A stretch of 63,077 nucleotides of DNA, the filler included, from Sphacelaria rigidula (Eukaryota), in NCBI GenBank assembly GCA_964200075.2. It is 11 parts of 11 records of this genome, joined end to end, with 100 filler letters (N's around TTAATTAATTAA, not from the genome) between each part and the next. Parts side by side here need not be neighbours in the genome. Positions count along the whole stretch, not along the records: positions 22,977 to 28,619 come from CAXNAA020025617.1; positions 28,720 to 34,362 come from CAXNAA020025618.1; positions 34,463 to 40,105 come from CAXNAA020025619.1; 8 more parts are not named here. One strand, given 5' to 3'. The position numbers and the translations under genes are program-made. Under the pieces are notes generated by a model. That model was not told where the DNA came from. It did no database searches and saw only the letters and a program-made list of their open reading frames with translations. Numbering within the stretch: the stretch's first letter is position 1; each line of letters begins with the position of its first letter. Positions 25,104 to 38,355 of the stretch are shown here, piece after piece.

Positions 25104-26676
25104 ATACTACAACGATCGGCAACCATCCACCAGCGGGGTCGCCACGTGGGGACATCATTGACTTTTCACCCAACGCACGAATTTGCCTTCAACACGCCTT
25201 TGGTGTAGAATGCAGACACCCGCGGTGCCCTTATATGCATGAAGTAAATATCTTGCCTGAAGGTTTTTACTCTCAGGTCTCTCGGTCACAACCGGAAGGA
25301 ACGAAGCGCACGCAGCGAACTGACGAAACGGAACCACCCAACAAAAAATCACGTCGTCTCACTCTAACCCCTGAACAATTCGAAATGATTTCCGCCAGTA
25401 CCGGACTCGAATTTGAGAATGACCACGAAGATGGAGCAGAACACATCAGCTGAAGGTGCGCCCCGGGTAGCACCTCGCTCCCGGGTAGCACCTCGCTCCC
25501 GGCGAAGTCTAGCAAGGGGCCATCTCCGAAATCCTCTAGTAAGAGTTCAACAGGGAGCGAGTATTACCCCGTACTAATACTTGAAGGAGAGGAAGAAGTT
25601 GCTGCAGCCGCCGAACGATAGGCCGCGAGCAAAAATCGCAAAAGCCAAGTATGGGTATAGGCGAAAATCTGGCACCTCCATAAGTTGAGCATGCGGCTTC
25701 CTGTCTCCGTCCTCTTGGGTACGGGAGCTGGTGGGGGAAACTACGTGTCCGGTGCTTTCTGGCGATCGATTTGTAAGTGGGTAGGATTACCTGATCGCGA
25801 AATAGATGAGAAAGATTCAGGGGTGTTGAGAGCAGCGAACCCAGAAGAAAACAAGGTACCACCAATGGAATCCTATTACGGGGGAACATTGTTAGTAGGA
25901 ACGGATACATGTAAAGACGTAACTCGAGCCTTTCGGGTCGATTTCAAGAAACGGCAGCTCCTTAACGTCTGCTTCGTCGTATAAACACCGATGATGCGAC
26001 GAAACCCGCCGCCTCAATGAGTGCGCAAAATACCAGGTAGCGAAAACTAAGGCCCGAAGATATAAATTGGCGGGCAGTTTGATCAGTGCTAGTGTTTGCT
26101 GTGATGATATATGACCGCGTGCGAGAATTAAACCAGTACCTTGGGGTATAACGATCGTTGTCAGAACGATCAACGAGTAAGAGAAAAGAAGTCTGATCGA
26201 ACGTGTGTTTATAAAGTAGATAATGGATATAGCGATCCGTTTTGAGTTGAAAATTGATCTATGCAGAAGTAGTTATATAAGCACGCTGCTAAAGTTGTGA
26301 TTGGCCACAGACATGCGCCAGGCTGATTTTGTAATATGGCAGCTGTACGCATGGCTAAAAAAGTTGCTTCTGCCGAGGTCGTCGCTCCCCCAGCTGCTTA
26401 CTTGTGTCCACCGGTCCAACAACCGACATCTTTTGGATATAGGTTTACAGTAGAACGTCAATTCAAGAAGAGCCTCCAAACATCGCCTACCCCGCTGATC
26501 TCTTCAATTCTACTGGGTCGGCAAGTCCGTGGCTTGACCAAAGTGAGTCACGTGTACCATAATCCCCCTTCCCTCGCTCATATTGTTATCGACCAATTAA
26601 ACACACGAGAGCGGCATCGTGTGTATTTTCCCAAACAGCTGAGAGTCGTCAGCCCGTTTCACGAGCTGAGCACAGG

Positions 26677-26862
26677 ATCAGCGAGCTAACATCCCTTTCA
26701 TGGGAGTGCGGCTTGCTCTGCTACTGCTTATACAGTAGCATTGCCGCACAAACTTCGGAGCAAACGACTTGTTGGAGGGAACCACCTAGCAACAGATGAT
26801 CAGCTGGCTAACCTCCCTTTCATGGGGGTGCGGCCTGCTCTGCTACTGCATACACTGTAGCA
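26677..26862 (+). repeat. Direct repeat of ~65 bp, period ~121 bp, each ending in a small hairpin
   Basis: GATCAGC..GCTAAC.TCCCTTTCATGGG.GTGCGGC.TGCTCTGCTACTGC.TA.AC.GTAGCA twice. Confidence 0.85.
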
Positions 26863-26969
26863 GCTGGGGCTTCAGCTAGGATCCAACTCGACCTCCAAAA
26901 AAGTGAGGGACAAAGAGAAAACGCAATTTCAGCACTCACGCCCAGATGCCATCTCACTTCATAGGTGAG

Positions 26970-28554
26970 AACAGTGGACGACATCTGAACAAGCCGAATA
27001 CTGGGACCATATGTTTATCCAGGGCAACCAGGCCAAAGCTGAGCGCACTAGGCGCGAAGATTTTGAGCGTGCTCAACTTCTAGCACGGACTCGACGTGAC
27101 GTTGACAATCAAAGACAGGCTCTCGCTCTCCAACAGAGCAAACAGGACGAAGTGCTCCGCCACTCGGCGAAAGCTCTGCGCACCGCACAATTACAGTCAG
27201 AGCAGGCACAACGTACGCACAACCTGCACGCTGAACAGTCGACGGCACGTCTCTCAGTAACCCAGTCAGGCTCGCACGAACAATTTCGGCGTCTCCTTTT
27301 CCTGATTGTTGACCCTTCCACGACCTTCAATGACCCCCAAACTTAGTCCATGGCTGCCAAAAGGTCCACTGTAGTAAAACCTGAATCACCTACACGCTCT
27401 CTAACCACGGGTTTCCCCCCTCAACCACAACGGGACCTTCCAGCGGTAAAACAAACCGCTGAATCACCACGTTCCAAGCCACAGGTAGCCGTGAACAACC
27501 CCCTCCCCCTTCCAATCCACCCCTCGCAACAATCTAGCCCCACTCGCTACTTCGTCGTACGCGATGGCGGCAATGGGCACGGCTCACGAAGGATCAGCAA
27601 CTGCGCCCCTACAGTTACAAGAACCTGGTAAGTCTGCATGGAACTTATCCGGTGTGGAAAACTTGGCGACTACCGCCCTCTCGAATTTCGTCGACGAACC
27701 CGCTGATCTGGTACGTTATACATGTCAGGCACACCACCTTGCAGACCCAATCAGTGAGAAGGCCAAAGATTTTCTTGCCTGGTTCCCTGGTAACCGCAGT
27801 AAAGCTACACTTGCGGGAGCTGTTACGTGTGTACAATCCCAGCCTCACCACGACTACATGACGAAAAAGATTCAACACGACTATGTTGAGCCCCTCATCA
27901 TCATGTTCCACGATGTTGAAAAAATACGGAAAACGGTATACTCACATCGACCCACGCACGACGTTGACAACTTGCATGATGATTGGGATTGGGGTGTTGG
28001 AGTTAATGCGCCACGAGGTGGGCAAAGTCCACTGCAAAAAGAGGCAGAGTGGCAAACTGCGGGAAATGACAAGGTACGATCAGGGATAGTGGCGCCCAAG
28101 AGGAACGAACCCGGTCACACAAACCGACAGCTTCCACCAAGTCACATGCATCGAGTACCGCCGATAGCTGTATCGATAGTCAGGAGCAGTTCCCCAACAA
28201 TGATCGCGCCCGATCACACCGCCCCTCAGCACACATCCTGCCCGATTTTTTACCTCTGTCTTCCACTGTTGCAAATAAAGAAACTCCCCCCTAAAGGAGA
28301 AGGAGGAAGGTTAATCAACCAGAAACGAGAAGAAACAGGTTCTTGTGACAACCAAGACGAAAGGTAAATCACCCAAAACTGAAAATCTTCAGTTTGAACC
28401 GACAGTAGGTGAACCGCTATCTCTGCCAACCAATACACCATACACTGACGCCCCAAGCATACGCCGCGCCTACCTCGAACTCATCATCAAAAGTGTAGGT
28501 AAGGTCAAACCTTGCTTGCCGTTCATCTCAGGTTCAAATGCGAACCATAATTAA
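26970..28554 (+). pseudogene. Second fragmented gag-like ORF set (coiled coil, Pro-rich linker, helical domain)
   Basis: Consecutive same-strand ORFs 27011-27346, 27350-27631, 27564-28367, 28345-28554 broken by stops and shifts; no splice signals evident. Confidence 0.35.
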
Positions 28555-29340
28555 CAATGTTTTCGTGATATTGAGAATCTTCGATACGATTGAGAATAGG
28601 GTTGAGGCAAGCTGTCAGCNNNNNNNNNNNNNNNNNNNNNNNNNNNNNNNNNNNNNNNNNNNNTTAATTAATTAANNNNNNNNNNNNNNNNNNNNNNNNN
28701 NNNNNNNNNNNNNNNNNNNGCGGCCGCCTGGCTAACAGGTTTACGTACAAAAAGCTCATGTCGGAGAAGGCTATAAAAAGCAGGGGCGACACACACATCT
28801 CTGATGATAACACACGAACACCTCGTCCTATTGTGCCCACATACATTACGGCAGGTGGGCGATATTTGGACATATCTACTACTTATGAAAAACTGGACGT
28901 GCGACGAATCCTGCGGAGCACAAAAGGAGGAAAGACAATAATTATACATCATTCGTCGGTTCCGATTGGAGATCATAACTAAATAGCCTTGCCACCGGAT
29001 ACACGAGAATTCGAAAGATGCCGGGAAGACTATGAGACATCGGACCTTACCTCGACGGCTCCACTGCAAGAAAGCCGACACACTAAGGCTATGCACAACT
29101 GCCGATCATCAGTCAAGGCGCAATGCCTCAATGGTGTCCATGAGGTTTTCTTCATACAATAGTCTATTGCTTTAGCGTAGCGTGCAAATACACATCTCTA
29201 ATTTTTCTCTTCTTTTCTCTCCTTCTCCTTTTTTTTCTGATCACGAGCTGGAGTGTTGCAACCAGATATGTGATGCGCGATCATCATCTTGTATTGTTTG
29301 TGCTTGTGTTTGTGTATGTGTTTGTCGTTATTTTGTTCTT

Positions 29341-29345
29341 GTTGT

Positions 29346-29389
<44 letters not shown>

Positions 29390-29400
29390 GGTGGTGGTGG
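29341..29400. repeat. (GTT)n/(GGT)n microsatellite
   Basis: Direct observation. Confidence 0.95.
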
Positions 29401-29593
29401 TGTGTTTTTTGTTGTTGTCGCTGCCCCATTTCTTTCCTTTTTGAGGCCGTGGCTTCTGTCTTTTTCTATTCCTTTCTTTATTTTTTATTTTTATTATCCC
29501 GTTCTATTTTTGCTGTTCCTGACCACAGGCTGGATCGCAGCAATCAGCTAATGTGAGATAATCAATCAATCAACAGACGCACCTCTGCCTTAC

Positions 29594-29706
29594 GAAGCAC
29601 GTCCATGGCATCTATGAGCAACTTCGGGTTCACTTCCACTTCGCCATACATAGCAGCATCCACAGCAGCCGAGAGTGCGTCCACCTCTCCGAATCCGAGG
29701 GCAACG
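29594..29706 (-). CDS. Downstream exon of the same unidentified protein
   Basis: TGCAG acceptor, GTAAGG donor; VALGFGEVDALSAAVDAAMYGEVEVNPKLLIDAMDVL; phase fits the 34048 exon across a 4.3-kb repeat-filled intron. Confidence 0.68.
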
Positions 29707-30879
29707 CTGCACAGCGTCAAAAGACAGACACCATGCGTAAGGGGGGCGGCGAGGAAAGGGGCAGAGGGTAGGAGAATACGGAGTCAGCTCAGAACATTCA
29801 GCACGTGTTTGGACGTAACAGGTGGGGGTTCCCTGTGGCTGTTTTTCGTGTTTCATTCGCGGAAGTATGTTGCTCGGGTTGTGTGTGTGTGCTTTCTTTC
29901 TTGTCATACCTGCACCACCCTCCTCTCCTCGGGACTAGTCACTAGTCTTTAGTCACTGTAATAGTATTTCAACTCCCAGGACCCACTCTTTTCTCCCGGA
30001 CTTGTCGTGCACTTGATGTGCCCTCGAGCATAAACCCAGTGTCCCTGCAGCCCGTTGATCTAAATCGAATGCCACAAGCATCAATTATCAATTACCTTGT
30101 TGAGGAATTTTGCAGAGGGCCGAAGCTGTCCCCACGAGAAGGACAACAGAGACACAGAAGTCAATTTACCTCAGTATCAAGTGCCGGTTGGGGTGTGCGG
30201 GGTGGCTCGGCAGCGATACTCTTACGCTGCAAACAATAATACGCAAAAACGGAACGCATCTGCTCCGGGTAAGGACGCGCATCATAGATGGGAACATGAC
30301 GTTTGTCGGACGCCGAGATGTGGTGGTCCAAGCGGTACGGTGCCGTGCTGTGGTGTAACGTATATTGACGGCCATGTAGAGCGCAAAGTTGATCGATTGA
30401 TTGATTGATCGTCGCACTTTAACTGACCCCCCAGGGGTCATGATCCAGCCGTGGTCTCATGATAGACGCCCCCCAGAAAAACGAAACTGGAACACGCTCT
30501 GAGAAAAAAATGGAACAGAAGAGACAAAAAAAATTCAACACAAGCAAAGCACAATAAGAAATGGCCGACCTAAAACAAGAAAACAGGAAAATAAGAGGAA
30601 AGTACAGAGCAAATGAAATGAGATACAAAAATGGGGATTCGAATCCCGACATCTTCAGTTTCTTCGAGCAGAACCTGCTTGGCGTCGTCGGAAACAAGAG
30701 GAAGTGCCCAGCGGAAAATATTTCGACGGAAGCCAAGGCGGTGCGGGAGTGGTGCTGGTCCAATCCGCGGCATCAAAATGCCAGGCAGGTAGGTGGGGAA
30801 GATGAGTTGATCCCTTGAGAGACTACGGGCTCGTACCGAGGCAAAGGGATAGGTCAGGAGTAGGTTGGAAATTTCGATG

Positions 30880-32660
30880 CTTTGTTCTGTGGGGTACGGG
30901 TACGCTCGGTAGAGTGTGCGATTCCTTACGGACCTTACCGAAGCTGTCGAGTACGGTATGGACGTGGTATACCGACACCCGTACCCGCACCCGGGTAATT
31001 CTACACGGGTATAACCTAGCCCTAGGCGGGGGTAAATACTCAGTACAGGGTGGTTCTACGATAGGGGTGCACTTTGAAGTCCAAACTTTGCTAAGGCTGC
31101 ACACTAAGGCCCGGATGTTTGTCGTCGAGACGCTTCCAAAGTTCAGAGCATCAGAAAAAATTGTACACCCCTACCGTCGAACCACTCTATAGACCTTGTA
31201 CAGCTGTCCGGTACGGGTAATATCTGGGAGAATACCCCGGGTATACACGTATATTTCATCATGCCAGGGAGCGAAAACACGAGAGTGCATGCCGTACACC
31301 TCAAGTGATACACGGCATACGGATGAAGCGCCACACTGGGGTCACCATGTAGCGAAACGCGTTGGTGATGTGTGTCAACCGCGCATGCTTGTCTGCCAAA
31401 TATGCAGCTTAAATAATAAATATATCATAAAAAGTTATGGAGGAACCGATCACCGTGGTACCCTGTACTTCGCTAGAATTAGAATGTGGACACGATCAAT
31501 TTATTCGGCGCGCATGGTTTGAGTAGAAACGAAAGTTATACTACGAATACGAAGATGAAAAAACGCTAATATCGGTCGATTCGGTTGCTCAGTTGGTGGC
31601 CTGGAACCCTCTGACGGCTGGGACGTGGGATCAAATGTCAGGGAATCAACACGATGTGGCTTTTTGCGCACAATGCTCGACAGTGGCGAGCGACAACGTT
31701 GTGGGGACAAAAAACTCGACTTCACGGTCGACGAGGAAAGGGGATCGCTGAACCCCTCTCGCGATAAAAAGTAAGGCAAGGACTGCACAAGGAAGGTGGA
31801 GCACTAGAACAAAGTGAAAAATTACGTACGCCTGTGTTGGATTTCCTCCTGTGTGACCCCGGCTGATGCGCCCACATGTGCCGAAAGGTGTAGACTGACG
31901 TCCAGAATAGATGAGGTGACCACACGCAGTTCACAATTACCAATTACCAATCACCAATTACAGAAACCCGCAAAAGAACTGGATTACTTGTATGTATCAC
32001 AAGTATTCGTTGCTCGTGTTCGAGCATGCGAAGTTTTGTCGAGTCCACCGACACGACTTGCCCACTTCAACAAACTGAACAGCGAAGGCTGCCCACCCAA
32101 GTAAGCAAGTTTTGATTGTGCATTTCACACAGAGCCGTCGGGTACGGGTATTAATCGGGTGAATACCCCAAGTATACACTCAATATTCCCCCACAGACCA
32201 AAGCTATGCAACATATATTCATCTTCCAAGTATATTCTCGTGCAAATAACTACATCGGGAATTCCCACAAGGGTACACTGGTAACCCGGGTGAGGGTTGG
32301 AAGGCTCACAGAACCTACAGAGCTGTCGGGTACCAGTATAGGAGTCTCCCAAAACTTCCAGAACCTATCGGGTGGGGTATATGTGTTGTACAGAAGTCCG
32401 TACTCGCACCCGAGTATTTCTACAAGAAAAGACTTTAGCCCCGGGGAAGGGTAAACGGTTTGTAAATGACTTACAGGAATGTCTAAATTAGTATGGACGT
32501 TCTGCACAAAATCGTACAAGGGTATATCCGTTCCCCGTGCACGGGTACGGGAAGCTAACAAAACTTGCACAGCTGTCAGGTCCGGGTATGGAAGACTCAC
32601 AGAACTCACTAAAATATCGGGTATAGGTAATATCCGGGTAGATACCCCGAGAAAAAAAAA
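30880..32660. repeat. Two patches (30880-31250, 32125-32660) of arrayed CAGAGCTGTCGGGTACGGGTA-like motifs, probably subterminal repeats of a DNA transposon
   Basis: Many degenerate copies of (GCTGTC)GGGTACGGGTA in both orientations. Confidence 0.55.
31573..31925 (+). mobile_element. tRNA-derived SINE, older copy
   Basis: A box TTGCTCAGTTGG; colinear with 37786-38168. Confidence 0.8.
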
Positions 32661-34047
32661 GCGTACGCTACAGAACACAACCTTGGAGACTTGGAAGGCG
32701 GTGAAAAGAAATGTTGCAAAAGCAGGACGACAGGAGGATATACATGACCATCAAGTGAAAAAAATAATACACCGCGAAACGTTAACGCCTTTCTGGTGCA
32801 GTTTTGTAAGTATACATGTATGGACGCACGAGGCTATGGTGGTTCTTAGATGTACGAGTGGCGAGGATCATGGATATCTGAGTCATAACTTGCGTCGTTC
32901 CCCTCTTGAATGGCCTGCATAGCTGACGCCATATGATAGGGGCATGCTATTTGTTTTCCCACGTGACAGTCTTGTCTCCATGTCCACGTAGGATACTGTC
33001 GTTCGCGCATGCGTCTCAATAATGAGCGAGAAAACACCGGATGCTTCTGGACGTTGTAGGTGTAAACTCATATTTCTTCATATGCTTGTCGATTATCGTT
33101 TCTTTCCCTTGATTCTACTTGGCTGTCTGTGCAGTCGTTCTCCGCCACATACTGCTCAACGAATGTAGATGACTACGAGAGAGAAGACAAACAATTTGCA
33201 CCCTCAAGACGCAATAATATTTGACTCTTTTGTGAATACCTCGACATTTGTTATTCTAATCATTTACTTATACTGTTCATCTTTTCACCTCTTGACGTGG
33301 GACCGAAGTTTGCCCAAAAACTGTTGAAATCGAGGGATGGATACGGATATCGACAGCTCTGCTCATCATCAGCAACCACCGTGGTATGCACGGTGCTCGC
33401 TCGCCTAACCCAATCCAATCCAATCAAGTCTAACAGCAAGCAAGATTCATAGCACCGCTGTAGTCGTGCCTGCTGCTGCCTGCTTGTTCCATAACGACTG
33501 GACCTGCTACCGTATCAGGCCTGGTCTTATCGAATAAAAAAAAAAATGATCTAGAGAATTGTTGTGACTGTTCAGATTTTTTTTAATCCTTCTGATTGGT
33601 TGAAGGCTGATGATCTGTGCCTAACACCCTCGAAACCATCTCAGAAAAATTGTAGTCATTATATTAATATATACATGATAGCTTTGAGAACGGAGGAACA
33701 ATACTCCGTTGAGATTGCGAAAAAGCAAAATAAAATGAATTTCACGCGTAGTGGGCTGCTCGACTCATCATGGGGCCTGAACCATACATACACCAGAGGT
33801 GCTCAGTTATCGATATGTTGGGCGTGTGACGCACTGGTCTGTTCGCCGCATCCTCACATTTTGTGTTTGCTCTTGATAGAAATGGCGGGTGACTTTCTCG
33901 TGATTGTGAGGTTGTGAACAGTCACGAGAGTTTTCCAAATAATATTTTCCCCTCATTTCTTCTCGTCTTGTTAACACCTGGCCGTACGTGCGTCCCTACG
34001 ATACAACAATCAAGACCAGCACCCAAACCGAATCAACCAATACTTAC

Positions 34048-34223
34048 GTCATGCCCTCGCGCAGTCCTTGCTCGGCGACGAACAGGTCACGCGCTGCCCG
34101 GGCTTTGTCGATGGTGCTGCCCACGAAGCCTTCGTAGCTGGCGAGATCCAGCATAAACGTGGCGGCAGTGAAATCTCCGTCCTTTGTTAGCCTGGCAAGA
34201 GTCTTCTCGCAAGTCTTGGTCCC
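34048..34223 (-). CDS. Exon of an unidentified alpha-helical protein
   Basis: GACAG acceptor, GTAAGT donor; GTKTCEKTLARLTKDGDFTAATFMLDLASYEGFVGSTIDKARAARDLFVAEQGLREGM; ends in phase 2. Confidence 0.72.
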
Positions 34224-35423
34224 CTGTCACGGCGGGAGGGAGGGGGGGAGGATGTACTCATGATCATGCATGTCATAGTCATCAGACTATTGACCTCCTA
34301 TCCCTACAAAGCCGGGGCGGAGCACGCCGGGTTTTCGCCGGACCAGGCTCACACTCGATCACNNNNNNNNNNNNNNNNNNNNNNNNNNNNNNNNNNNNNN
34401 NNNNNNTTAATTAATTAANNNNNNNNNNNNNNNNNNNNNNNNNNNNNNNNNNNNNNNNNNNNCGAAGTGCATGGATAAAAGGTTCCTTCCTGTGTTCTGG
34501 GGACAAAAAAAAAAAAACACGAGTATTTCAATGGTTGTTCCTTGTGCATGTATCGCACGATTGATTGTACTCAGGACTGCGTGCGATTCGGATCGCATCG
34601 GAGATGAGACACCCCTATGGCTAGGGTTAGGGACTGGCCCGAGCGTTCTTGGAAAACGTCGATCCTGGGGTGTTTAAATTCCGATGCGGTCCAAAAAGCA
34701 CGCGTTCCGTCAACGTTGAACGCAATACAATACCCTATACTACAGACAGTAGCGAGTGCAGCTGTAGTTTCGTACCACACTTCTAGCCCTGTGCGTTTGT
34801 GAGCACCAGTGCTGTACCGTCCTGTGCAATCATCGGTTCGTCCTTGGTCGACTTCGCTTTACCCCAGATCCGTGAAAATCCGCGATGGTTAACCCACACC
34901 TTGTCTCTGTCGAACCATGTAAGGCTAACCCTAATCCCAACCCCAACCGACTGCAGACCGAGAATCCCCCAGACCTGGGGCCAAAGAAAAACGAAAAGGG
35001 CAAAACCCGACCTCTGTTCAGCCTGTCACGCACTGTTGTAAATCGCAATCCCAGATCTAGGTATGTGGGCTTGTCGACCGTGATTTACATGATATGTGGT
35101 CGAAGTTTTGGCACATTGCGGCGGCGACAGCACGTATACGGCCGTGCCTACCGCACTGAGCACCACGACAGGCGATGCCTGGATGACTTGTGTACACATT
35201 CATTGTCGTTTTCCAGAGGGTACTCCAGTACAGATCAACGAATGCTTGCTTGCTGCTTGCTAGCACCGCACCCTCCCAGGTGCTCATGAAGTGGAAGAGA
35301 GTGCACCACCATGTCCACATATGCATTCACTCACAGTGCACGAACTTTGGGCTACGAGATAGCCCTTACGAGGGCGTATCGACGGTATCGCCCAGAATCG
35401 GTATTGGTGTGTTTCATTCGTCT

Positions 35424-36436
35424 GTAAACACGGGATCTTAGACCACTTTGTATGGCAACCAATCCGTGATTGTACAAATACAAGGATTTCAGCCCGTTCC
35501 AATCCGATTTTCTCCCGTGGATTGATTTTTCGGATCCCAGTCCGTTGGGCAATAATTTTCGCCCAGCTCTGATGAAACCAGATAAATTCTCCGATTCTCT
35601 GAGCGCTGACTTTTGGTTTATCGCACCTTTCTGCTCAGATGGGGAGACTCCCGCATCTCCCCCGACTTGGTATCATATGGCTACAGCCCAAATCGGGGGA
35701 GATGCGGGAGTCTCCCGATCTGAGCAGAAATGTGATGAACCAAAAGTCAGCGCCCAAGCCAAATGATACCAAGTCGGGGGAGATGGGAAAGTCTCCCGAT
35801 CTGAGCAGAAAGGTGATGAACCAAAAGTCAGCGCCCAGAGAATCGGAGAATTGATCTTGTTTCCTCAGAGCTGGGCGAAAAACCTTGCCCAACGGACTGG
35901 GGTCCGAAAAATCAATCCACGGGGGAGAATCGGATTTGAACGGGCTGAAATCCTCATATTTGTACAAATAGGATTAGTTGCCATACAAAGTGGTCGTGCA
36001 AATTGGGGATGGATGTTTTGTTGAGGATGAGAAACCCGGAGAATCAAAATCTTCGTGTCCACGTCAAATCTTCGAAATATGGTTCCATTCCTTCAACTGC
36101 TTATAGCTATTGACAACTGCTACACGCCATGGAAATTTGGCTTTCGATCACCGAAATGTTGGGGTCCTCGATGAAAAACTACTTTTTTTGTGGAATTTCG
36201 GGTGTCCGAACGGACGCCGAGATGGGTCCGAAATTGGTTTTTCACCTAGGACCCCAACAATTCGGTGATCGAAATCCAAAATTCTACGGGGGGGTGTCAG
36301 TTTTCAATAGCTATCAGCAGGTGAAGAAATGGAACCATATTTCGAAGGTTTGGTGTGGATGCGAAGATTTTAATTCTCCGAGTTTCTCATCCCCAATAAA
36401 AGATCCATCCCCAATTTGTAAGGTCCGGTGTTTGTA
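35424..36436. mobile_element. Fold-back MITE whose left TIR is split by a second MITE
   Basis: AAACACGGGATCTTA|...|CAAATTGGGGATGGAT mirrors ATCCATCCCCAATTTGTAAGGTCCGGTGTTT; arms of ~190 bp. Confidence 0.8.
35441..35995. mobile_element. Palindromic MITE (possibly Tourist/PIF-like)
   Basis: GACCACTTTGTATGGCAAC...GTTGCCATACAAAGTGGTC, arms >200 bp, internal duplication; inserted after TTA with 3 extra bases on the right. Confidence 0.85.
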
Positions 36437-37087
36437 CGCCCAAACGCGCCGCCGAGTGATGCACATGCTGTCTGTGTTGCGCCCGACTACTGTTGTCGCG
36501 ACGGCTCCTCCGGCCGCGGTCGAGAAATTCACGAGCAAAGTTGTTGTACAAGAGTGAAAAATGCGCGAGTCATCCATCGAAATATAACCCAGCTGCGGTA
36601 ACGCGGAATGCATGCATTTTTAAGGTTCCGAAATATACTGGTGTCACGTCTGTACCTCCATAGTACGGCAGGACGGCAGAGGTCGGGACAAGTGCACAAG
36701 CGTACGTCAGAGCATCGCGGGTTCGGGTTCGGTACATCGCCCCCCTCCTCATGCTTTATGGTTTCAAAATTGTCGACGGCTGAGTTCGTTCCAGTCAGAG
36801 GTGTCGTGCAGATGCTTTGTGGCGTGCGGATGCCGGTGTAGGTCAATGTCTTCAAGCCGTCCATCCCGTCACGATCTCGGGCTTCACGAATGTTTATTTT
36901 CGTGTACCTTTACGAGTACAGTATTCAGGACTCTTGACTGATCGTTTCGCCCGATTTTTCCCGAAACGAAACGCGACGAAGATTCACCGCAGGTCAGTTT
37001 CTGCAGTCAAGTGTGAGAAGTAACGACAGCTGCCTTGCGTGTAGACCGTGGCCATCCCCAGTTTTCGAAATAGTACGGCAACCCATA

Positions 37088-37629
37088 CTTCCTCTGTCCC
37101 GTAAGTAAAGGCACCTAAATTTGTACGGGCCGTCAACGATGTCCGATGTTTTTTTTTATTTAAATGAACTCTACAGTGTTTGTTGGGTTGAGAAAATGTG
37201 TTTAAAATTAGCAGCTCGTGCTTGAACCATGCCGCCGAACGGCTGCAAAGAAAGTAGTCGGCCCAAAAATGGCCGTTTTTTGCCCGTTTCCGAGGGGGAA
37301 AAAAGTGTCGATGATTTTTTTATTCGATTTTTTTTAATTGCCCCCGCCTTCACTGGGGCTTGCTGCCAGGAAGTTTCACGCGATTAAAAAAATAAATATT
37401 TTTTTTCGACACTTGTTTCCCCCTCGGAAACGGGCAAAAAACGGCCATTTTTGGGCCGACTACTTTCTTTGCAGCCGTTCGGCGGCATGGTTCAAGCACG
37501 AGCTGCAAATTTCAAGCATATTTTCGTAGCCTAAAAGACACCGTAGAGTTCATAGGAAACAAACAAACGATCGGACATCATAAAGGGCCCGTACTAATTT
37601 AGGTGCCTTTAGTTATGGGACAGAGGAAG
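37088..37629. mobile_element. Stowaway-like MITE that is palindromic over nearly its whole length
   Basis: TA|CTTCCTCTGTCCC...GGGACAGAGGAAG|TA; arms of ~245 bp. Confidence 0.92.
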
Positions 37630-37785
37630 TATACAAGCTGAGCCGCCGAAGATGCCAACAGGAATATTGGACCGCGAATGTGTTGCTCGAATTTGAGTCG
37701 TTTTTTGTGTGTGTATGTGTGTGTTGTCTCATCTATTCTGGACGCCAGTCTACACCTTTCGGTATACGTGGGGGTAACATACTCT

Positions 37786-38129
37786 GCCGGTCGCCCCGGT
37801 GGCTCAGTTAGTAACCTCGAAACCTTCTGACGGTTGGATGGTTGGTTGAAATCTCGGAGCGATCTGGGGATTTTTTCTCACACCATGCCCAACAGTGGAG
37901 AGCGACCATGTCGCGGGTACACAACATTCGACTTAACGGTTGACGAGGGAAAGGGACTTCTGAACCCCTCTCGAGTTAAAAAAAATAGGCAAGCACCGCA
38001 GGAGAAAGGTGGGGTACCAACAACAAATGAAAAAAAGCGCCTGTGTTGACCTTCCTCCTGTGTGACCCCGGCTAGTGCGCCCACACGTACCGAAAGGTGT
38101 AGGCCGGCGTCCAGAATAGATGGGACGAC

Positions 38130-38168
<39 letters not shown>
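37786..38168 (+). mobile_element. Full-length tRNA-derived SINE with (CA)n tail, flanked by two antisense fragments (37706-37775, 38169-38325)
   Basis: A box TGGCTCAGTTAG, B-box-like GGTTGAAATCT, core CCTCCTGTGTGACCCCGGCT, end TCCAGAATAGATGGGACGACA(AC)n; another fragment at ~1350-1430(-). Confidence 0.85.
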
Positions 38169-38169
<1 letters not shown>

Positions 38170-38355
38170 AGCCGGGGTCACACAGGAGGAAGGCCTACTA
38201 CACAGGATTTTTCTTGTTCGTTTGTTTTAGTTCTCCACCTTCCTCCTGCGGTGCTTGCCTCTTATTTTTATCGCGAGAGGGGTGCAGCACTCCCTTTCCC
38301 TTGTCGACCATCGAGTCGTTTCTTTTTTTACTGTATAATATTTTTACATGATATA

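Noticed and set aside
29182..29556. Poly-Cys and poly-Val ORFs
   Set aside because: Translations of a (GTT)n microsatellite plus a retroposon tail inside an intron
31845..31900. Hammerhead ribozyme in the SINE 3' part (CTGATG...CGAAA)
   Set aside because: Core reads CUGAUGC, stems I and II do not form convincingly, and other copies have CTAGTG or CTCATC at this position
34620..34950. Telomere (TTAGGG/CCCTAA-like motifs)
   Set aside because: Only 2-3 degenerate interstitial units
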